A stretch of DNA of 64,000 bases from an uncultured Bacilli bacterium. Lineage in GTDB: Bacteria > Bacillota_I > Bacilli_A > RFN20 > CAG-826. The notes under the pieces were generated by a model. The model did no database searches. It was given only the letters and a program-made list of their open reading frames with translations, and was not told the origin of the DNA. Made by a program: the position numbers and the translations under genes. The stretch spans positions 4,362 through 68,361 of the forward strand of contig CALVXK010000007.1 of assembly GCA_944369075.1 (NCBI GenBank), read 5' to 3'. This document shows, in pieces, positions 54,600 to 63,087 of the stretch (its first letter is position 1; every line of letters begins with the position of its first letter).

Positions 54600-55913
54600 T
54601 TATTTGATTATTTCCCAATAGCCGCCTTTGTCAGGCCCTGAATGCTTGATAATCTTTCGCTCCTGTAATTTTTTTAGATAATGCCTAATGCTTCCCTCTG
54701 TTTTGTGCAAAACAATTGCTATGTCTTTTCTCGAAATATTTCCGTTATTTTTAATTAGTTGAATTATTTCCTCTTCTATGTTTTCTGGTTGTGTCGTGGT
54801 TGTTTTTCTGGTTGTCTTATAAAAACCTTCTCTATTGAATGGTATTACCACATCGATGAAATATTCAGAAAAAATATATGCCTCTTCACCATAAGCTTTA
54901 ACAACCGAAGGAACACCGTGACCACTTTCTTCAGCGAAATTGCACGCTCTAAATATATCAAATAGTTCTTTATTTACTGGCTCGCTTTTGCCACGTAAGA
55001 ATTGCTCCTTAGTTAAAACGCTAGGTATACCACCAAACGATTCGATTTCTAAGCGATCGCTATAAACATATATGCCTGGATGGTTGCTTTCGCTCCATTT
55101 GTTGTGTACACATGCGTTAATCCACGCTTGCTCAAACGCCTCAGTATCAAACATTTTTCTTTCTTTTCGTGGTGTTGTTGTAACATCTACAAACGTTTGA
55201 TTAATTGAATTCACATAATTTTTCGCTTGTTCCATTGCCAATAACAAACATTTTCCACCAAATTCTTCTCTTCTTAAATATTTCGTTTTATCCGAGGAGG
55301 CAAATGTCGCAACATTTATAACAATGTCGTTTTTATCGGCTAAAATTTCTGCTAAATAGTTAAAATGCCCCTCCTTTGTTAGCAAATGATAGTTTTCTAA
55401 AAAAGTATCATCTGAAATATGATTATTATTCGACAGCAAATAATTTTTTAATATTTGAAATGTCAGATGACTTTTTCTAGAAGGAATGTCAACAATGCTC
55501 GTTGTAATATTTGATAACGACTTGATAAATCTTTCCTTTATTTCTTCAGGTGTTAAACTTTTACAAGAAGAGCCTATTCTTATATAGCACCCCATTTCTG
55601 ATAGACCGTATTTTTTTATGTAAAATAACTGGTTGCCTTTTTTTACTTCAATTTTAATAATATTTTTACCATCTATTATTTCATGAAATTGTTTAACAAA
55701 AGAAACACAACGCGGGGAAATTTGATCGGTTATGATATCCGAGATTTCTCGCATAGTTTCGTCAATATTAATAATACCAACAAGATCATTCTTTTTGTTT
55801 ACGCCAATTAATATTGTTCCTCCTTCAGAGTTTAAAAAAGAAACAATCTCTTTTGGTAAAGAATTTGAAACTTTTTCTTTATATTCTAATTTGTCATTTT
55901 CATCGATAAGCAT
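54600..55913 (-). CDS. Schlafen/AlbA_2 + RecG-C-like (HATPase_c_4) + winged-HTH protein, paralog 1
   Basis: 'ENDKLEYKE', 'SFLNSEGGTILIGV', 'INACVHNKW', 'EESGHGV', C-terminal 'GPDKGGYWEI'. Confidence 0.85.
   Translation of the reverse strand: MLIDENDKLEYKEKVSNSLPKEIVSFLNSEGGTILIGVNKKNDLVGIINIDETMREISDIITDQISPRCVSFVKQFHEIIDGKNIIKIEVKKGNQLFYIKKYGLSEMGCYIRIGSSCKSLTPEEIKERFIKSLSNITTSIVDIPSRKSHLTFQILKNYLLSNNNHISDDTFLENYHLLTKEGHFNYLAEILADKNDIVINVATFASSDKTKYLRREEFGGKCLLLAMEQAKNYVNSINQTFVDVTTTPRKERKMFDTEAFEQAWINACVHNKWSESNHPGIYVYSDRLEIESFGGIPSVLTKEQFLRGKSEPVNKELFDIFRACNFAEESGHGVPSVVKAYGEEAYIFSEYFIDVVIPFNREGFYKTTRKTTTTQPENIEEEIIQLIKNNGNISRKDIAIVLHKTEGSIRHYLKKLQERKIIKHSGPDKGGYWEIIK
54781..54814. repeat. 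Intragenic TTTTCTGGTTG repeats (two perfect, one degenerate) in the pre-HTH linker
   Basis: 54781-54791 and 54804-54814 perfect, 54792-54802 degenerate; encode TTRKTTTTQPEN. Confidence 0.85.
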
Positions 55914-55934
55914 CTCAATATCACCTCGCTAATT

Positions 55935-55963
55935 ATTATAGTTCTATAGCAACCAGAAAACAA
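55935..55963 (-). promoter_or_regulatory. Sigma-A-type promoter of paralog 1
   Basis: TTGTTT-17 bp-TATAAT, followed by GAGGTGA RBS 7 nt before the ATG. Confidence 0.65.
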
Positions 55964-55982
55964 CCAGAAAACAACCAGAAAA
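55950..55982. repeat. Three perfect 11-bp direct repeats CAACCAGAAAA overlapping the -35 box
   Basis: 55950-55960, 55961-55971, 55972-55982. Confidence 0.9.
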
Positions 55983-56444
55983 CAGCATGTGTTTTACCTT
56001 GTAAGTTCTTACAGTATTGATGATTTGAAATTTGTAGTACGTATAATCAAGATTCAGTCGTTGTTTTGGCTAATTTTTTGACTAAAAGAAAAATTTTTTC
56101 AGAAATTTTGATTTCGCGGGGGCTAGATCAATATGACAAATCCTCTTCCTTTTATATACATATTTATCATTTGCGAAAATTTGAACTCGAAGTGCTATCG
56201 CCGTGTGCGTATTGCTGGGGTTTGAACTTTTTGAGGTATTTTTTTCTATTTTCGATGGTCATGATGGGACTCCAAAATTCTAGGATACGACATAATGAGC
56301 ACGAATCGGTAATTTTTGGTAAAAAAAATGACCTGTAAAGACTAGACATTATAGGCCTTTTTCAAAGATGCCTACATACTACGCTTTGGATACATTACAC
56401 ACCCTTACAACGGCAACTTTTAGGTTAAACTATTAATCAATATT

Positions 56445-57764
56445 TTAATCTATGATTTCCCAATGACCACCTTTATCAGGGCCAACACGTTTAATTTTAT
56501 TTGATTTTTTAATAATTCTAGAAATTGTGATACGCGACTTATTACATAACTTAGCTAAAGCTTCTTGTGATACGTATGGATTTGATTTAATTGCTGAAAT
56601 AATCGTTTTTTCTGTATCATTTTCTGTATCATTTTCTGTATCATGTTCTGCACCAACATCAGTGACATGCATAGAGGCCATCACTTCTGCATCATATGGT
56701 ATAGAAACATTTATATAATTTTCTTCAATATCAAATACATTCTTATCATAGTGTTTTAAAACTTCAGGCACTCCATAACCCGTTTGTTCGACATATTTTA
56801 AGTCAGATAAAACTCTCATCAGTTCTTTATTTCGAGGAGTACTTATTCCTTTGAAGTACATTTCTTTGGCTTCACCATCAGGCAATCCACCATGAGATAT
56901 AACTTCGATATGATTGGAAAAAATATAAACAGCCGGTTCTACAATAGACCAATCATTATGAGCAATGGCATTTATAAACACTTCTCTTAAACTTGCCATA
57001 TCCATGAGTCTTTTATCAACTCTTTGAGCACCAACAATTCTTGATTTAGTAATATTTTCTGCTTCTAGCCTATTAATTACCCTATCTATAGCGACTAATA
57101 AACATTGATAACCATATTCACTTTTTTCTAATAAAACAGATTTATCTTCACCTTGAAATCTAGCTACCTTAATTGAAATTCTATTTTCATCAGATAAAAG
57201 CTCGGCAAGAAAATTATATCTACCATCATCAGTTTTTAAATGAAGATTATCTACCAAAGTTTCGTCGTTTAAATGATATCCTTTGCTAGAATAATAAATC
57301 TTTAGTTGGTTAAAACTAAAATCCTTTTGACTACTTGGAGTATCAATAATACTTAAATGCTTTGAATAAGTTTTTATGAATCTTCTTTCAATCTCTTCTT
57401 CACTCATGGGCGTTGAAGAAGTTCCGTCTCTATAAAAACAACCAGTCGCACTTCTTCCTTCTTTCTTGATGTAATAGAGTTTGGTTCCTTTAGTCACTCT
57501 GATCGTGATGACTGTTTTATCATCTTCAAGTAATGAACCTATTTCACATAAGCCTTCAGTTGATGGAAGAATCTGATCTCTTATGATGTCTCTTATTTCC
57601 CTCATTGTTTTGTCGACATTAGAAACACCTAAAACATCACCATTATCATCAACACCGATATAAATGACCCCGTTTCTAGTATTGAGGAAAGCTACTACTT
57701 CTTTAGCAAAGTCTTTATTTAACGTTCTTTTAAGTTCTATACTTTCAGATTCTTGAAATTTCAT
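56445..57764 (-). CDS. Schlafen/AlbA_2 + RecG-C-like + winged-HTH protein, paralog 2
   Basis: 'ESESIELKR', 'AFLNTRNGVIYIGVDD', 'INAIAHNDW', 'EQTGYGV', 'GPDKGGHWEI'; start moved to MKFQE. Confidence 0.85.
   Translation of the reverse strand: MKFQESESIELKRTLNKDFAKEVVAFLNTRNGVIYIGVDDNGDVLGVSNVDKTMREIRDIIRDQILPSTEGLCEIGSLLEDDKTVITIRVTKGTKLYYIKKEGRSATGCFYRDGTSSTPMSEEEIERRFIKTYSKHLSIIDTPSSQKDFSFNQLKIYYSSKGYHLNDETLVDNLHLKTDDGRYNFLAELLSDENRISIKVARFQGEDKSVLLEKSEYGYQCLLVAIDRVINRLEAENITKSRIVGAQRVDKRLMDMASLREVFINAIAHNDWSIVEPAVYIFSNHIEVISHGGLPDGEAKEMYFKGISTPRNKELMRVLSDLKYVEQTGYGVPEVLKHYDKNVFDIEENYINVSIPYDAEVMASMHVTDVGAEHDTENDTENDTEKTIISAIKSNPYVSQEALAKLCNKSRITISRIIKKSNKIKRVGPDKGGHWEIID
56608..56650. repeat. 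Three 12-bp tandem repeats TTTTCTGTATCA in the pre-HTH linker
   Basis: Encodes DTEN-DTEN-DTEK. Confidence 0.9.
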
Positions 57765-57852
57765 TATAAAAACACCTACTTTTTTAGCTATGCTAATTAT
57801 ACTTAAAAACAAGCTTATTTTCTAGATTCTAATACATAAAAAGACCAAGGAA

Positions 57853-58330
57853 TCACTCCTCAGCCTTTATCGTAGTTTCAAATCCTGAATAGAACTTGAA
57901 TGTTATCGATTTATCTATATGGACTATTGCTTTTTCTAGATTAAAATTAAATACTGTTTCATCAAAATAAGTAATGAGTTTGCCTTTTTAAAGTGTCTCT
58001 ATGAAGATATTAAACTTATTAACTTTTAGTTTTATTTCATTCTTTTTAGTAATAAGTGAATTAAGTTCTGCTTCTTTGTTTTTATAAATATCCTCAAGTT
58101 CTGCATATTTTTTCGCCAAATAGTTTGATCTTGCTGCGTGATTGTATTCATCTTAACGAGTAGTTCAAACTCTTTGTTCATATCTTTAAGTTCATTAGAC
58201 AATGCTTCTATTTGTTTATCCAAAGACGAAGTACCAAGAGCTTTGCTTACTGCTTATATAAGATTAGTAATAAGAAGGTCTTTACTCCTAATCATCTCGT
58301 TATAGGCTTTAAGGAACATTTTGATGGGGG
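57853..58330 (-). pseudogene. C-terminal remnant of a large serine recombinase
   Basis: Fragments 'MFLKAYNEM..KDLLI', 'LDKQIEALSNEL...QQDQ', 'FDETVF...EKAIVHIDKSITFKFYSG' with internal stops and a frameshift. Confidence 0.6.
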
Positions 58331-58611
58331 TATAAATTAAAAAAAGTAAAAAACATTTCTAGGTATAAAAAGACCACTTAGCTCAATAAGAACCAGATGG
58401 TCAATCAATATTATTAATAAAGATAGGGTGTGCAATTGCCGTTGTTAGTGGTGTGTACGGGTGTACAAAAAAGGGTCGCCGTGTAATAGTGCACACCTGC
58501 CGTTTCAAAGTGAGCCCTAAAAATGACGGTTTTTTGATGAATTTTAAAGATTTCGGCTTCAACTATCGCAAAGGCGTAAATTTAAAAAGTGGCCATTTAG
58601 CCTAAAATCAA

Positions 58612-58656
58612 AAAAAGTCTGCACACCCCTAGTCATTGACTAAGAGTGTATCAGAC
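58612..58656 (-). terminator. Long-stem terminator after tRNA-Gln
   Basis: On the - strand GTCTGATACACTCTTAGTC-AAT-GACTAGGGGTGTGCAGAC followed by TTTTTT. Confidence 0.7.
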
Positions 58657-58670
58657 ATGTCGTTCTAATT

Positions 58671-58746
58671 TGGCTGCCGAGATTGGGTTCGAACCAATGT
58701 ATGTGAGTTTCAGAGACTCATGACTTTACCACTTGTCTACTCGGCA
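58671..58746 (-). tRNA. tRNA-Gln (anticodon CUG)
   Basis: TGCCGAG/CTCGGCA acceptor stem (U1-A72), anticodon arm TGAGT-CT CTG AA-ACTCA, T-arm ATTGG-TTCGAAC-CCAAT, G73, encoded CCA. Confidence 0.95.
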
Positions 58747-58750
58747 ATAG

Positions 58751-58779
58751 ATTAAAAGCCTCAATCTGAGGCTTTTAAT
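58751..58779 (-). terminator. Intrinsic terminator after galE
   Basis: ATTAAAAGCCTCA / TGAGGCTTTTAAT. Confidence 0.75.
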
Positions 58780-58785
58780 TAATAA

Positions 58786-59805
58786 TTATTTTCCTTCTTT
58801 TTTTCTTTTTGCTTCTTCAACTTGGAAATGATAGCCATCTCTACAAGCATCTAAAACAGTGTAATCACAGTGAAAACCAAGTTCTTTTGCAGCTTTATCG
58901 CAGTTTGCATAAGATGTAGCAATATCTCCTGCTCTTCTTGGTTTAATAACATAAGGAATTTTAACTCCAGTAGCTTCTTCATAATCATGAATCATTTCTA
59001 AGACAGATGTTCCTTTTCCTGTTCCAAGATTATAAATAACTAAACCTGGATTTTGTTCAAGTTTCTTTAAAGCTAAGACGTGACCTTTTGCAAGATCAAC
59101 AACATGGATATAATCTCTAACACCAGTTCCATCAGGTGTATCGTAATCATTACCAAAAACGTTAACTTCTTTTAATTCACCAGTTGCAACTTTTGCAATA
59201 TAAGGAAGTAAGTTATTTGGAATACCATTAGGATCTTCGCCAAGTAAACCAGATTTATGAGCACCAATTGGGTTAAAGTATCTAAGTAAAGCACAGTTAA
59301 AATCAGGAGTAACTGCAGCAATGTCTTTTAAAATTCTCTCGATCATAACCTTTGTTTCGCCATAAGGAGATGTTGCATCAGTTACAGGATCTGTTTCATA
59401 CATTGGAACTCTTTCTGGATTTCCATAAACAGTTGCACTTGAAGAGAAAACGAAATTATGGCAACCATATTCTCTCATTTTCTTAAGTAAAGCAAATGTA
59501 AGAGTTAAATTATTATCGTAATATTCTAAAGGTTTTTTAACACTTTCTCCTACTGCTTTATATCCAGCAAAGTTAATAACAGCATCAATTTTATCTTTAA
59601 AAATTTCATCAAGAGCTTTTTCATCTTGAACATCTGCAATAACTGTTTTGAAATCTTTATTAGTAATTTCCTTAATTCTATCTTTAACTACTAATTTTGA
59701 ATTATAAAGATTATCGATTACGGTAACATCATAGCCATTTTCAAGCAAAGCGACAACAGTATGAGATCCAATAAATCCTAATCCACCAGTTACTAAAACT
59801 CTCAT
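58786..59805 (-). CDS. galE: UDP-glucose 4-epimerase
   Basis: 'VTGGLGFIGSHT', 'KAVGES', 'SSSATVYG', YGETK, 'LRYFNPIGAH', 'DGTGVRDYIHVVDLA'. Confidence 0.96.
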   Translation of the reverse strand: MRVLVTGGLGFIGSHTVVALLENGYDVTVIDNLYNSKLVVKDRIKEITNKDFKTVIADVQDEKALDEIFKDKIDAVINFAGYKAVGESVKKPLEYYDNNLTLTFALLKKMREYGCHNFVFSSSATVYGNPERVPMYETDPVTDATSPYGETKVMIERILKDIAAVTPDFNCALLRYFNPIGAHKSGLLGEDPNGIPNNLLPYIAKVATGELKEVNVFGNDYDTPDGTGVRDYIHVVDLAKGHVLALKKLEQNPGLVIYNLGTGKGTSVLEMIHDYEEATGVKIPYVIKPRRAGDIATSYANCDKAAKELGFHCDYTVLDACRDGYHFQVEEAKRKKEGK

Positions 59806-59874
59806 TTTATATATTTCCTCCAAAACTAGTAATATTATAGCTTCTTTAATTTTAAGATTAAACTTGGAATATAA

Positions 59875-61092
59875 CTATTTTAATGAAAAAGTAAATACAC
59901 TTTCTGGATTATCAAACTCTTCATTTGATACCCGAGTAACACTTAAATTATCTAAATCATATAAAGAAGACCAAACAGTAATTGAGTTAGAATCACTTAA
60001 ACCATGTTCTTTATCCCAACTTCTTCTTCCTAATGTTTTAAGTAAGTTTAAAGCTTCTTCTTTAGAATATTTACCTTCACTATTATTTCCATCAGGATTG
60101 ATAGATTCTTTAATGAAGTTATATCTATCTAAACCTTTTTTATCACTATCATTTTCATAGTAATTTGGAGTAACAATAAAGTTTGTAATATATTGGAAAT
60201 TATCTCTTCCTTCATCTTCTCCTACGACTGAATCATCATCATTATAATAAACTTTAAGTTCTCTAGTAGTTCCATCAATATCAGTAGAATCTGTTTTATC
60301 AACCCATTCTAAAATAGCACTTTTACCACTTTTATCAGCAATCATATAATGGAATGATGTATTAGCACTATCATGGAAATCATATTGTTTGACAAGTTCA
60401 ACTGCTTCATCAACACTATCAGCATAATCTAAAATCATTCTTAACATTGTAGTTGATGTTAAATCTGGTTTATCACTATTTTGATTAGTTGAAGTTACAT
60501 TATCTTCAGGTCCTTGATAAGACATATAAATTCCACAAGCAACTCCAGCATCATTCATCCCATCAAGTGGAGCATAAGCAGCAGCTAAAGCAGTTGCTTT
60601 TTGAATTAAAGAAGTCATTTCACCATTAATTCCTAAAAATTGTAAATCAACACTAGAAATGGAAGCATGTCTTCCATTGCCTGGATTAGTATGTAAAATC
60701 ATTGAAGTTGTAGTAGAAAAATCATAATTTCTTCCAAATAAGTTATTATTATTTTCATCAACTACTGTAAAAGATGAACAACCGATTTCAGGAGCATTCA
60801 TTTTAATTGGAATAACTCCTTTAGTAATATTTTTAATAATAAAATCAATTAATTCTTGGTCTGAACTAGCTCCGCCTTCCGCTAAGAAATCATCAAAATA
60901 ATAATCTCCCTTAACACTCATTTCATAAACTGGTCCAGCTTTATTTTCATTATGAGCAGGAATAACTTCTTTTATTGAAGCAATTGAATTTATTTCATTA
61001 AACCAAACTCCATAAATTGTTCCTACTCCAATTGCAGCTAAACCAACAATACCTGCACATATTCCAATAGCAATTTTTGCTCCTAATTTCAT
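59875..61092 (-). CDS. Membrane-anchored linear amide C-N hydrolase (Ntn; choloylglycine hydrolase/C45-like)
   Basis: N-terminal TM, 'GCSSF' nucleophile, 'GRNYDF', 'DGMNDAG', 'HYMIADKSG', 'TNF'. Confidence 0.8.
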   Translation of the reverse strand: MKLGAKIAIGICAGIVGLAAIGVGTIYGVWFNEINSIASIKEVIPAHNENKAGPVYEMSVKGDYYFDDFLAEGGASSDQELIDFIIKNITKGVIPIKMNAPEIGCSSFTVVDENNNNLFGRNYDFSTTTSMILHTNPGNGRHASISSVDLQFLGINGEMTSLIQKATALAAAYAPLDGMNDAGVACGIYMSYQGPEDNVTSTNQNSDKPDLTSTTMLRMILDYADSVDEAVELVKQYDFHDSANTSFHYMIADKSGKSAILEWVDKTDSTDIDGTTRELKVYYNDDDSVVGEDEGRDNFQYITNFIVTPNYYENDSDKKGLDRYNFIKESINPDGNNSEGKYSKEEALNLLKTLGRRSWDKEHGLSDSNSITVWSSLYDLDNLSVTRVSNEEFDNPESVFTFSLK

Positions 61093-61276
61093 AAAATATT
61101 TCTCCTAAAATAAATATCAAAAATTTATTTTGACAAGAAACTATAATCTTATATTTTCATATTTACAATACTTGATTTTTAAAGTTTATTCGTTCATTGT
61201 TTTAAAAACTAGAACTCATTGTTTTTATTTAAATATTGCTAGAAAACGATACTTAATATAATAAATATATTAGTAA

Positions 61277-62314
61277 TTAATAAGTCTGCTTAGAAATAAA
61301 TACTTCAAATCTTGGTAAAGCTAATTCTAATATTCCATACTTATCACCATTTAAAATTCCTCTTCTAATTAACCTATCACGATAAACAGAATATGTTTTA
61401 GAATTAAGTTTTGTTCTACTTATTATCTCATTTGTAGTTAAAATGTTTTTATCAAAACAAAATAATATCTTTTTCTCTCCTTCTGGTAATGATTCCCAAA
61501 TTTTATCATAGACATAAATACTTAAATAATCGTCTAGTTCACCATATATTTTTTCTATATCAGTATATTTTGAAAAAAGTAAACCAATTACTTGGAAGGC
61601 GAAAGCATAACCTTTTGTTAAATTAGCAAGTTTATTTATAGTTTCCTCGTCGGTATTTGGAAATATTTTTTGATATTCTTTTGCAATTAAATTTAAATCT
61701 AAAGGTTTAAGATCGATTTTTGGAGATTGATTTATAAAAGTTAGATTTTTACTATTTTGTAATAAAAAGACATTTTCATATAATCCAGTCATTAATAAAA
61801 ATATAGGGTAATCATCTCTAAGAAAAGACTCAAAATCACGAATAAAAGTATTAACAAAATTATTATTATTAGATACTTCATCAATAGTTAATAAAATCCT
61901 TTTGTTATTATCTTTAGCAACTTTTAACAATATCTCAACTAAAGTTTTAATGTTTGAAACATTTTCTTTACCTTTAATTTTTATTCCATAACCTTTAAAA
62001 GATATTGATAACTTATCCTCTAGAAAAAGTTTCTTTATTGATTCGTTTTCATATAAACCTGCAGCAATTTGAGGAAGTATTTCTCTATTTGGGTTTATAT
62101 CAATAATTATCCATATTGAATTTTCTTGCATCAATTTTGATACTTTGGTTAAAAGAACTGTTTTTCCAGATGCTCTAATTCCAGTAATTATATAACTATG
62201 AAAGGAAGGAAAATCTAAAGAAAAATCAGTTATTATTTTTCTAGTTACTTCACTTCTTTCAATGTAATTATGGGGAATTTGACCAAAAGTTAAAGTAAAT
62301 CCATTATTATTCAT
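61277..62314 (-). CDS. AAA-type ATPase with C-terminal winged helix (paralog of 24746-25789)
   Basis: 'FTLTFG', GIRASGKT, 'TIDEV', 'TKGYAFAFQVIG', 'VYRDRLI...ALPRF'. Confidence 0.82.
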   Translation of the reverse strand: MNNNGFTLTFGQIPHNYIERSEVTRKIITDFSLDFPSFHSYIITGIRASGKTVLLTKVSKLMQENSIWIIIDINPNREILPQIAAGLYENESIKKLFLEDKLSISFKGYGIKIKGKENVSNIKTLVEILLKVAKDNNKRILLTIDEVSNNNNFVNTFIRDFESFLRDDYPIFLLMTGLYENVFLLQNSKNLTFINQSPKIDLKPLDLNLIAKEYQKIFPNTDEETINKLANLTKGYAFAFQVIGLLFSKYTDIEKIYGELDDYLSIYVYDKIWESLPEGEKKILFCFDKNILTTNEIISRTKLNSKTYSVYRDRLIRRGILNGDKYGILELALPRFEVFISKQTY

Positions 62315-62364
62315 ATCGTTTTATTAGATTAGTTAGACTTGTAACAATTCTTAAATAACTAAAC

Positions 62365-63087
62365 CTAACGTTGAGCAAGTTTCTTAGCTTCTTTATGTTC
62401 TTTTTTGCCTTCATATTTATCAGCTTTCTTTTTAGATTCTTCATAAGCTTCTTTAGGTAAAACATCTTTACTTATTTTTTCCATTATTGAATCAGCGATA
62501 AGTTTAGAAGTCTCACTTTCAACATAAAGTCTTAGAGCAATATAAGCTAAATTTAAATTTTCTTCTTTATTAATTGGTTTAACTTGTTCACTACTATCTT
62601 CACTTTTATCTTTATTTCTTTCTTTTCTAGCATTAACTTTTCTTTTATCTTTATCGATAGTATCAAGTCTAACTTTAACACGATGAGTTTCATTTTTAAG
62701 TACTTCATCATGCATTTCTTTAAAGAAATTATATAGTTTTTGTTTATCTAAAGTTACTTCTTTATCTAGTTCAATTAAAGTAGCTAAATCTCTCATTGAA
62801 CAAGAAGTTTTAAGTAATGATATAGCAAGAAAATAAGCAATATGATCTTTATCATATTTCTTATTTTCAGGAGATGTAACTATTTTAGCTTTTACATAAT
62901 TATTAACCATAAATGGGGTAATAATTGTTTTACCTTTAGCAATAGGAGAAAGAGCTCCTTCAATGTAAGAGACAACTTGTTCCATATATAAAGGTATTTG
63001 AGAAAGTTCCTTATAATCAGGTAACTTAAAATTTTCTAATGTTTGTATATATTCTTTTAATTCAGTTAAACTATCTTTTTCTTCCAT
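62365..63087 (-). CDS. DUF1836-domain protein
   Basis: 'LP....L..IPLYMEQV', 'ITPFMVNNYVK', 'KKYDKDHIAY'. Confidence 0.8.
   Translation of the reverse strand: MEEKDSLTELKEYIQTLENFKLPDYKELSQIPLYMEQVVSYIEGALSPIAKGKTIITPFMVNNYVKAKIVTSPENKKYDKDHIAYFLAISLLKTSCSMRDLATLIELDKEVTLDKQKLYNFFKEMHDEVLKNETHRVKVRLDTIDKDKRKVNARKERNKDKSEDSSEQVKPINKEENLNLAYIALRLYVESETSKLIADSIMEKISKDVLPKEAYEESKKKADKYEGKKEHKEAKKLAQR

Larger units (their letters stand above)
54510..58670. mobile_element. Decayed genomic island at the 3' end of tRNA-Gln
   Basis: Visibly higher GC and different codon use, serine recombinase remnant, accessory AlbA_2 genes, tRNA flank; boundaries approximate and no att duplication found. Confidence 0.55.

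Noticed and set aside
54400-54600. att duplication of the tRNA 3' end at the far island boundary
   Set aside because: No copy of TGGCTGCCGAG or similar was found by eye, so the boundary rests on composition only.
56066-56349. Overlapping ORFs 56066-56338 (+) and 56167-56349 (-)
   Set aside because: No RBS, atypical composition and no recognisable motif; probably non-coding element DNA.
58671-58746. The tRNA as the CGG-decoding Trp tRNA
   Set aside because: Its anticodon is CTG with U1-A72 Gln identity; a CCG tRNA would have to lie outside this window.
437-60160. Short antisense or alternate-frame ORFs in the track (e.g. 437-664, 10027-10263, 29531-29809, 51121-51447, 59864-60160)
   Set aside because: They are shadows of well-supported genes with no independent signals.
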